A stretch of DNA of 64,000 nucleotides from Eledone cirrhosa (Eukaryota), in assembly GCA_964016885.1 (NCBI GenBank), contig OZ024740.1:35588001-35652000 (forward strand). The letters are read 5' to 3'. Numbering within the stretch: the stretch's first letter is position 1; every line of letters starts with the position of its first letter. Positions 1 to 10,988 of the stretch are shown piece after piece. The notes beneath the pieces were generated by a model. It was not told the origin of the DNA, did not search any database, and saw only the letters and a program-made list of their open reading frames with translations. Position numbers and translations under genes: made by a program.

Positions 1-3000
1 CTGGTTTAACAGATGACAGTTAGATCTAAGTTTTAGTGGTTTAACAGACGACAGTTAGATGTAAGCTGTAGTGGTTCAACAGACGACAGTTACATGTAAG
101 GTGTTGTGGTTTAACAGGTGAAAGTTAGATGTAAGGTGTAGTGGTTTAACAGACGGCAGTTAGATGTAAGGTGTAGTGGTTTAATAGGTGACAGTTAGAT
201 GTAAGGTGTAGTGGTTTAACAGACGAGAGTTAAATGTAAGGTGTTGTGGTTTAACAGGCGACAGTTAGATGTAAGGTGTTGTGGTTTAACAGACGTCAGT
301 TAGATGTAAGGTGTTGTGGTTCAACGGACGAGAGTTAAATGTAAGGTGTTGTGGTTTAACAGACGACAGTTAGATGTAATGAGTCGTTTAACAGTTGTTA
401 GTTAGATGTAAGGTGTAGTGGTTTAACAGGTGACAGTTAGATGTAAGGTGTTGTCTTTTAACAGGCGACAGTTAGATGGAAGGTGTTGTGGTTCAACATG
501 CGACAGTTAGATGTATGGTGTTGTGGTTTAACAGGCGACAGTGACATGTAAGATGTTGTGGTTTAACAGGCGATAGTGAGATGTAGGGTGTTGTGGTTTA
601 ACAGGCGACAGTGAGATGTAAGGTGTTGTGGTTCAACAGGCGACAGTTAGATGTATGGTGTTGTGGTTTAACAGGCGACAGTTAGATGTAAGGTGTTGTG
701 GTTTAAGAGGCGACAGTGAGATGTAAGGTGTTGTGGTTCAACAGGCGACAGTTAGATGTAAGGTGTTGAGGTGTAACAGGTGACAGTTAGATGTAAGGTG
801 TTGTGGTTTAACAGGCGACAGTGAGATGTAAGGTGTAGTTGGTTAACGGGTGACAGTTAGATGTAAGGTGTTGTCGTTTAACAGGCAACAGTTAGATGGA
901 AGGTGTTGTGGTTTAACAGGTGACAGTTAGATGTAAGGTATAATGGTTTAACATGCGACAGTGAGATGTAAGGTGTTGTGGTTCAACAGGCGACAGTTAG
1001 ATGTAAGGTTTTGTGGTTTAACAGGTGACAGTTAGATGTAAGGTGTTGTGGTTTAACAGACGACAGTGAGATGTAAGGTGTTGTGGTTTAACAGGTGACA
1101 GTTAGATGTAAGATGTTGTGGTTTAACAGACGACAGTGGGATGTAAGGTGTTGTGGTTTAACAGGCGACAGTGAGATGTAAGGTGTTGTGGTTTAACAGG
1201 CGACAGTGAGATGTAAGGTGTTGTGGTTTAACAGGCGACAGTGAGATGTAAGGTGTAGTGGTTTAACAGGTGACAGTTAGATGTATGATGTTGTCGTTAA
1301 ACAGGCGACAGTTAGATGTAAGGTGTTGTGGTTCAACAGGCGACAGTTAGATGTAAGGTGTTGTGGTTTCACAGGTGATAGTTAGATGTAAGGTGTTGTG
1401 GTTTAACAGACGACAGTTAGATGTATTGTGTTGTGGTTCAACAGACGACAGTTAGATGTAAGGTTTTGTGGTTTAACAGGTGACAGTTAGATGTAAGGTG
1501 TTGTGGTTTAACAGGCGACAGTGAGATGTAAGGTGTTGTGGTTTAACAGGTGACAGTTAGATGTAAGATGTTATGGTTTAACAGACGACAGTTAGATGTA
1601 TTGTGTTGTGGTTCAACAGACGACATTTAGATGTATGGTGTTGTGGTTTAACAGGCGACAGTTATATGTAAGTGGTTGTGGTTTAACAGGTGACAGTTAG
1701 ATGTAAGGTGTTGTGGTTTAACAGGTGACAGTTAGACGTAAGGTGTAGGGGTTTAACAGGCAACAGTTAGATGTAAGGTGTTGTGGTTTAACAGGCGACA
1801 GTTAGATGTAATGTGTTCTGTTTTATCAGGCAACAGTTAGATGTAAGGTGTTGTGGTTTAACAGGTGACAGTGAGATGTAAGGTGTAGTCGTGTAACAGA
1901 CGACAGTTAGATGTAAGGTGTAGTGGTTTAACAGACGACAGTTAGATGTAAGGTGTAGTGGTTTAACAGACGACAGTTATATGTAAGGTGTTGTGGATTA
2001 ACAGCCGACAGTTTGATGTAAGTGTTGTGGTTTAACAGCCGACTGTTAGATGTAAGGTGTTGTGGTTTAACAGGTGACAGTTAGATGTAAGGTGTTGTGT
2101 TTCAACAGGCGACAGTTAGATGTAAGTTGTTGTGTTTTAACATGTGACAGTTGTATGTAAGTTGTTGTGGTTTAACAGGCGACAGTTGGATGTATGGTGT
2201 TGTGGTTTAACAGGCGACAGTTATATGAAAGGTGTTGTGGTTTATCAGGTGACAGTTAGATGTATGGGGTTGTGGTTTAACAGGCGACAGTTAGATGTAT
2301 GGTGTTGTGGTTTAACAAGAGACAGTTAGATGTAAGGTGGTGTGGTTTAACAAACGACAGTTAGATGTAAGGTGTTGTGTTTCAACAGGCAACATATAGA
2401 TGTAAGGTGTTGTGGTTTAACAGGTGACAGTTAGATGTTAGGTGTTGTCTTTCAACAGGTGACAGTCAGATGTAAGGTGTTGTGGTTTAACAGGTGACAG
2501 TTGTATGTAAGTTGTTGTGGTTTAACAGGCAACAGTTAGATGTAAGGTGTTGTGGTTTAACAGGCGACAGTTAGATGTAAGGTGTTGTGGTTTAACAGGT
2601 GACAGTTAGATGTAAGATGTTGTGGTTTAACAGGTGACAGTTGTATGAAAGTTGTTGTGGTTCAACAGACGAGAGTTAAATGTAAGCTGTTGTGGTTTAA
2701 CAGACGACAGTTAGATGTAATGTGTTGTTTAACAGACGTTAGTTAGATGTAAGGTGTAGTGGTTTAACAGGTGACAGTTAGATGTAAGGTGTTGTCGTTT
2801 AACAGGCGACAGTGAGATATAAGTTGTTGTGTTTTAACAGGCGACAGTGAGATGTAAGGTGTTGTGGTTTAACAGGCGACAGTGAGATGTAAGGTGTAGT
2901 GGTTTAACAGGTGACAGTTAGATGTATGGTGTTGTCGTTAAACAGGCGACAGTTAGATGTAAGGTGTTGTGGTTCAACAGGCGACTGTTAGATGTAAGGT

Positions 3001-6000
3001 GTTGTGGTTTAACAGGCGACAGTGAGATGTAATGTGTTGTGATTTCATAGGTGACAGTTAGATGTAAGGTGTTGTGGTTTAACAGGCGACAGTTAGATGT
3101 AAGGTGTTGTGGTTTAACAGGCGACAGTGAGATGTAAGGTGTTGTGGTTTAACAGGCGACAGTGAGATGTAAGGTGTAGTGGTTTAACAGGTGACAGTTA
3201 GATGTATGGTGTTGTCGTTAAACAGGCGACAGTTAGATGGAAGGTGTTGTGGTTTCACAGGTGACAGTTAGATGTAAGGTGTTGTGGTTTAACAGGCGAC
3301 AGTTAGATGTAAGGTGTTGTGGTTTAACAGGCGACAGTTAGATGTAAGGTGTCCTGGTTTAACAGACGACAGTTAGATCTAAGTTTTAGTGGTTTAACAG
3401 ACGACAGTTAGATGTAAGCTGTAGTGGTTCAACAGACGACAGTTACATGTAAGGTGTTGTGGTTTAACAGGTGAAAGTTAGATGTAAGGTGTAGTGGTTT
3501 AACAGACGGCAGTTAGATGTAAGGTGTAGTGGTTTAATAGGTGACAGTTAGATGTAAGGTGTAGTGGTTTAACAGGCGAGAGTTAAATGTAAGGTGTTGT
3601 GGTTTAACAGGCGACAGTTAGATGTAAGGTGTTGTGGTTTAACAGACGTCAGTTAGATGTAAGGTGTTGTGGTTCAACGGACGAGAGTTAAATGTAAGGT
3701 GTTGTGGTTTAACAGACGACAGTTAGATGTAATGAGTCGTTTAACAGTTGTTAGTTAGATGTAAGGTGTAGTGGTTTAACAGGTGACAGTTAGATGTAAG
3801 GTGTTGTCTTTTAACAGGCGACAGTTAGATGGAAGGTGTTGTGGTTCAACATGCGACAGTTAGATGTATGGTGTTGTGGTTTAACAGGCGACAGTGACAT
3901 GTAAGATGTTGTGGTTTAACAGGCGATAGTGAGATGTAGGGTGTTGTGGTTTAACAGGCGACAGTGAGATGTAAGGTGTTGTGGTTCAACAGGCGACAGT
4001 TAGATGTATGGTGTTGTGGTTTAACAGGCGACAGTTAGATGTAAGGTGTTGTGGTTTAAGAGGCGACAGTGAGATGTAAGGTGTTGTGGTTCAACAGACG
4101 ACAGTGAGATGTAAGGTGTTGTGGTTTAACAGGCGACAGTGAGATGTAAGGTGTTGTGGTTTAACAGGCGACAGTGAGATGTAAGGTGTTGTGGTTTAAC
4201 AGGCGACAGTGAGATGTAAGGTGTAGTGGTTTAACAGGTGACAGTTAGATGTATGATGTTGTCGTTAAACAGGCGACAGTTAGATGTAAGGTGTTGTGGT
4301 TCAACAGGCGACAGTTAGATGTAAGGTGTTGTGGTTTCACAGGTGATAGTTAGATGTAAGGTGTTGTGGTTTAACAGACGACAGTTAGATGTATTGTGTT
4401 GTGGTTCAACAGACGACAGTTAGATGTAAGGTTTTGTGGTTTAACAGGTGACAGTTAGATGTAAGGTGTTGTGGTTTAACAGGCGACAGTGAGATGTAAG
4501 GTGTTGTGGTTTAACAGGTGACAGTTAGATGTAAGATGTTATGGTTTAACAGACGACAGTTAGATGTATTGTGTTGTGGTTGAACAGACGACATTTAGAT
4601 GTATGGTGTTGTGGTTTAACAGGCGACAGTTATATGTAAGTGGTTGTGGTTTAACAGGTGACAGTTAGATGTAAGGTGTTGTGGTTTAACAGGTGACAGT
4701 TAGACGTAAGGTGTAGGGGTTTAACAGGCAACAGTTAGATGTAAGGTGTTGTGGTTTAACAGGCGACAGTTAGATGTAATGTGTTCTGTTTTATCAGGCA
4801 ACAGTTAGATGTAAGGTGTTGTGGTTTAACAGGTGACAGTGAGATGTAAGGTGTAGTCGTGTAACAGACGACAGTTAGATGTAAGGTGTAGTGGTTTAAC
4901 AGACGACAGTTAGATGTAAGGTGTAGTGGTTTAACAGACGACAGTTATATGTAAGGTGTTGTGGATTAACAGCCGACAGTTTGATGTAAGTGTTGTGGTT
5001 TAACAGCCGACTGTTAGATGTAAGGTGTTGTGGTTTAACAGGTGACAGTTAGATGTAAGGTGTTGTGTTTCAACAGGCGACAGTTAGATGTAAGTTGTTG
5101 TGTTTTAACATGTGACAGTTGTATGTAAGTTGTTGTGGTTTAACAGGCGACAGTTGGATGTATGGTGTTGTGGTTTAACAGGCGACAGTTATATGAAAGG
5201 TGTTGTGGTTTATCAGGTGACAGTTAGATGTATGGGGTTGTGGTTTAACAGGCGACAGTTAGATGTATGGTGTTGTGGTTTAACAAGAGACAGTTAGATG
5301 TAAGGTGGTGTGGTTTAACAAACGACAGTTAGATGTAAGGTGTTGTGTTTCAACAGGCAACATATAGATGTAAGGTGTTGTGGTTTAACAGGTGACAGTT
5401 AGATGTTAGGTGTTGTCTTTCAACAGGTGACAGTCAGATGTAAGGTGTTGTGGTTTAACAGGTGACAGTTGTATGTAAGTTGTTGTGGTTTAACAGGCAA
5501 CAGTTAGATGTAAGGTGTTGTGGTTTAACAGGCGACAGTTAGATGTAAGGTGTTGTGGTTTAACAGGTGACAGTTAGATGTAAGATGTTGTGGTTTAACA
5601 GGTGACAGTTGTATGAAAGTTGTTGTGGTTCAACAGACGAGAGTTAAATGTAAGCTGTTGTGGTTTAACAGACGACAGTTAGATGTAATGTGTTGTTTAA
5701 CAGACGTTAGTTAGATGTAAGGTGTAGTGGTTTAACAGGTGACAGTTAGATGTAAGGTGTTGTCGTTTAACAGGCGACAGTGAGATATAAGTTGTTGTGT
5801 TTTAACAGGCGACAGTGAGATGTAAGGTGTTGTGGTTTAACAGGCGACAGTGAGATGTAAGGTGTAGTGGTTTAACAGGTGACAGTTAGATGTATGGTGT
5901 TGTCGTTAAACAGGCGACAGTTAGATGTAAGGTGTTGTGGTTCAACAGGCGACAGTTAGATGTAAGGTGTTGTGGTTTAACAGGCGACAGTGAGATGTAA

Positions 6001-9000
6001 TGTGTTGTGATTTCATAGGTGACAGTTAGATGTAAGGTGTTGTGGTTTAACAGGCGACAGTTAGATGTAAGGTGTTGTGGTTTAACAGGCGACAGTGAGA
6101 TGTAAGGTGTTGTGGTTTAACAGGCGACAGTGAGATGTAAGGTGTAGTGGTTTAACAGGTGACAGTTAGATGTATGGTGTTGTCGTTAAACAGGCGACAG
6201 TTAGATGGAAGGTGTTGTGGTTTCACAGGTGACAGTTAGATGTAAGGTGTTGTGGTTTAACAGGCGACAGTTAGATGTAAGGTGTTGTGGTTTAACAGGC
6301 GACAGTTAGATGTAAGGTGTCCTGGTTTAACAGACGACAGTTAGATCTAAGTTTTAGTGGTTTAACAGACGACAGTTAGATGTAAGCTGTAGTGGTTCAA
6401 CAGACGACAGTTACATGTAAGGTGTTGTGGTTTAACAGGTGAAAGTTAGATGTAAGGTGTAGTGGTTTAACAGACGGCAGTTAGATGTAAGGTGTAGTGG
6501 TTTAATAGGTGACAGTTAGATGTAAGGTGTAGTGGTTTAACAGACGAGAGTTAAATGTAAGGTGTTGTGGTTTAACAGGCGACAGTTAGATGTAAGGTGT
6601 TGTGGTTTAACAGACGTCAGTTAGATGTAAGGTGTTGTGGTTCAACGGACGAGAGTTAAATGTAAGGTGTTGTGGTTTAACAGACGACAGTTAGATGTAA
6701 TGAGTCGTTTAACAGTTGTTAGTTAGATGTAAGGTGTAGTGGTTTAACAGGTGACAGTTAGATGTAAGGTGTTGTCTTTTAACAGGCGACAGTTAGATGG
6801 AAGGTGTTGTGGTTCAACATGCGACAGTTAGATGTATGGTGTTGTGGTTTAACAGGCGACAGTGACATGTAAGATGTTGTGGTTTAACAGGCGATAGTGA
6901 GATGTAGGGTGTTGTGGTTTAACAGGCGACAGTGAGATGTAAGGTGTTGTGGTTCAACAGGCGACAGTTAGATGTATGGTGTTGTGGTTTAACAGGCGAC
7001 AGTTAGATGTAAGGTGTTGTGGTTTAAGAGGCGACAGTGAGATGTAAGGTGTTGTGGTTCAACAGGCGACAGTTAGATGTAAGGTGTTGAGGTGTAACAG
7101 GTGACAGTTAGATGTAAGGTGTTGTGGTTTAACAGGCGACAGTGAGATGTAAGGTGTAGTTGGTTAACGGGTGACAGTTAGATGTAAGGTGTTGTCGTTT
7201 AACAGGCAACAGTTAGATGGAAGGTGTTGTGGTTTAACAGGTGACAGTTAGATGTAAGGTATAGTGGTTTAACAGGCGACAGTGAGATGTAAGGTGTTGT
7301 GGTTCAACAAGCGACAGTTAGATGTAAGGTTTTGTGGTTTAACAGGTGACAGTTAGATGTAAGGTGTTGTGGTTTAACAGACGACAGTGAGATGTAAGGT
7401 GTTGTGGTTTAACAGGTGACAGTTAGATGTAAGATGTTGTGGTTTAACAGACGACAGTGAGATGTAAGGTGTTGTGGTTTAACAGGCGACAGTGAGATGT
7501 AAGGTGTTGTGGTTTAACAGGCGACAGTTAGATGTAAGGTGTTGTGGTTTAACAGGCGACAGTGAGATGTAAGGTGTAGTGGTTTAACAGGTGACAGTTA
7601 GATGTATGATGTTGTCGTTAAACAGGCGACAGTTAGATGTAAGGTGTTGTGGTTCAACAGGCGACAGTTAGATGTAAGGTGTTGTGGTTTCACAGGTGAT
7701 AGTTAGATGTAAGGTGTTGTGGTTTAACAGACGACAGTTAGATGTATTGTGTTGTGGTTCAACAGACGATAGTTAGATGTAAGGTTTTGTGGTTTAACAG
7801 GTGACAGTTAGATGTAAGGTGTTGTGGTTTAACAGGCGACAGTGAGATGTAAGGTGTTGTGGTTTAACAGGTGACAGTTAGATGTAAGATGTTATGGTTT
7901 AACAGACGACAGTTAGATGTATTGTGTTGTGGTTCAACAGACGACATTTAGATGTATGGTGTTGTGGTTTAACAGGCGACAGTTATATGTAAGTGGTTGT
8001 GGTTTAACAGGTGACAGTTAGATGTAAGGTGTTGTGGTTTAACAGGTGACAGTTAGACGTAAGGTGTAGGGGTTTAACAGGCAACAGTTAGATGTAAGGT
8101 GTTGTGGTTTAACAGGCGACAGTTAGATGTAATGTGTTCTGTTTTATCAGGCAACAGTTAGATGTAAGGTGTTGTGGTTTAACAGGTGACAGTGAGATGT
8201 AAGGTGTAGTCGTGTAACAGACGACAGTTAGATGTAAGGTGTAGTGGTTTAACAGACGACAGTTAGATGTAAGGTGTAGTGGTTTAACAGACGACAGTTA
8301 TATGTAAGGTGTTGTGGATTAACAGCCGACAGTTTGATGTAAGTGTTGTGGTTTAACAGCCGACTGTTAGATGTAAGGTGTTGTGGTTTAACAGGTGACA
8401 GTTAGATGTAAGGTGTTGTGTTTCAACAGGCGACAGTTAGATGTAAGTTGTTGTGTTTTAACATGTGACAGTTGTATGTAAGTTGTTGTGGTTTAACAGG
8501 CGACAGTTGGATGTATGGTGTTGTGGTTTAACAGGCGACAGTTATATGAAAGGTGTTGTGGTTTATCAGGTGACAGTTAGATGTATGGGGTTGTGGTTTA
8601 ACAGGCGACAGTTAGATGTATGGTGTTGTGGTTTAACAGGAGACAGTTAGATGTAAGGTGGTGTGGTTTAACAAACGACAGTTAGATGTAAGGTGTTGTG
8701 TTTCAACAGGCAACATATAGATGTAAGGTGTTGTGGTTTAACAGGTGACAGTTAGATGTTAGGTGTTGTCTTTCAACAGGTGACAGTCAGATGTAAGGTG
8801 TTGTGGTTTAACAGGTGACAGTTGTATGTAAGTTGTTGTGGTTTAACAGGCAACAGTTAGATGTAAGGTGTTGTGGTTTAACAGGCGACAGTTAGATGTA
8901 AGGTGTTGTGGTTTAACAGGTGACAGTTAGATGTAAGATGTTGTGGTTTAACAGGTGACAGTTGTATGAAAGTTGTTGTGGTTCAACAGACGAGAGTTAA

Positions 9001-9660
9001 ATGTAAGCTGTTGTGGTTTAACAGACGACAGTTAGATGTAATGTGTTGTTTAACAGACGTTAGTTAGATGTAAGGTGTAGTGGTTTAACAGGTGACAGTT
9101 AGATGTAAGGTGTTGTCGTTTAACAGGCGACAGTGAGATATAAGTTGTTGTGTTTTAACAGGCGACAGTGAGATGTAAGGTGTTGTGGTTTAACAGGCGA
9201 CAGTGAGATGTAAGGTGTAGTGGTTTAACAGGTGACAGTTAGATGTATGGTGTTGTCGTTAAACAGGCGACAGTTAGATGTAAGGTGTTGTGGTTCAACA
9301 GGCGACAGTTAGATGTAAGGTGTTGTGGTTTAACAGGCGACAGTGAGATGTAATGTGTTGTGATTTCATAGGTGACAGTTAGATGTAAGGTGTTGTGGTT
9401 TAACAGGCGACAGTTAGATGTAAGGTGTTGTGGTTTAACAGGCGACAGTGAGATGTAAGGTGTTGTGGTTTAACAGGCGACAGTGAGATGTAAGGTGTAG
9501 TGGTTTAACAGGTGACAGTTAGATGTATGGTGTTGTCGTTAAACAGGCGACAGTTAGATGGAAGGTGTTGTGGTTTCACAGGTGACAGTTAGATGTAAGG
9601 TGTTGTGGTTTAACAGGCGACAGTTAGATGTAAGGTGTTGTGGTTTAACAGGCGACAGTT
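1..9660 (+). repeat. Three tandem HOR copies (96-mer of 3,353 bp; 85-mer of 2,968 bp; a third near-complete 96-mer-type copy)
   Basis: The marker CTGGTTTAACAGA(C/T)GACAGTTAGATCTAAGTTTT starts at 1, 3354 and 6322. 3353 = 96x35-7 and 2968 = 85x35-7, where 7 = two 3-bp deletions plus one 1-bp deletion per unit. The marker ORFs at 2144, 5112 and 8465 show the same two spacings. Confidence 0.93.
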
Positions 9661-10988
9661 AGATGTAAGGTGTTGTGGTTTAACAGGCGACAGTTAGATG
9701 TAAGGTGTTGTCGTTTAACAGGCGACAGTTACATGGAAGGTGTTGTGGTTTAACAGGTGACAGTTAGATGTAAGGTGTAGTGGTTTAACAGGTGACAGTT
9801 AGATGTAAGGTATAGTGGTTTAACAGGCGACAGCTAGATGTAAGGTGTTATGGTTCAACAGGCGACAGTTAGATGTAAGGTGTTGATGTTTAACAGGTGA
9901 CAGTTGTATGTAAGTTGTTGTGGTTTAACAGGCAACAGTTAGATGTAAGGTGTTGTGGTTTAACAGGCGACAGTTAGATGTAAGGTGTTGTGGTTTAACA
10001 GGTGACAGTTAGATGTAAGATGTTGTGGTTTAACAGGTGACAGTTGTATGAAAGTTGTTGTGGTTCAACAGACGAGAGTTAAATGTAAGCTGTTGTGGTT
10101 TAACAGACGACAGTTAGATGTAATGTGTTGTTTAACAGACGTTAGTTAGATGTAAGGTGTAGTGGTTTAACAGGTGACAGTTAGATGTAAGGTGTTGTCG
10201 TTTAACAGGCGACAGTGAGATATAAGTTGTTGTGTTTTAACAGGCGACAGTGAGATGTAAGGTGTTGTGGTTTAACAGGCGACAGTGAGATGTAAGGTGT
10301 AGTGGTTTAACAGGTGACAGTTAGATGTATGGTGTTGTCGTTAAACAGGCGACAGTTAGATGTAAGGTGTTGTGGTTCAACAGGCGACAGTTAGATGTAA
10401 GGTGTTGTGGTTTAACAGGCGACAGTGAGATGTAATGTGTTGTGATTTCATAGGTGACAGTTAGATGTAAGGTGTTGTGGTTTAACAGGCGACAGTTAGA
10501 TGTAAGGTGTTGTGGTTTAACAGGCGACAGTGAGATGTAAGGTGTTGTGGTTTAACAGGCGACAGTGAGATGTAAGGTGTAGTGGTTTAACAGGTGACAG
10601 TTAGATGTATGGTGTTGTCGTTAAACAGGCGACAGTTAGATGGAAGGTGTTGTGGTTTCACAGGTGACAGTTAGATGTAAGGTGTTGTGGTTTAACAGGC
10701 GACAGTTAGATGTAAGGTGTTGTGGTTTAACAGGCGACAGTTAGATGTAAGGTGTTGTGGTTTAACAGGCGACAGTTAGATGTAAGGTGTTGTCGTTTAA
10801 CAGGCGACAGTTACATGGAAGGTGTTGTGGTTTAACAGGTGACAGTTAGATGTAAGGTGTAGTGGTTTAACAGGTGACAGTTAGATGTAAGGTATAGTGG
10901 TTTAACAGGCAACAGCTAGATGTAAGGTGTTATGGTTCAACAGGCGACAGTTAGATGTAAGGTGTTGATGTTTAACAGGTGACAGTTA
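8806..10988 (+). repeat. Recent 31-monomer (1,082 bp) tandem duplication
   Basis: The 32-bp monomer lies at 9038 and 10120, and CAGCTAGA at 9831 and 10913; the offset is 1082 = 31x35-3. The chimeric junction GATGTTTAACAGGTGACAGTTGTATG is near 9886. Confidence 0.9.
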
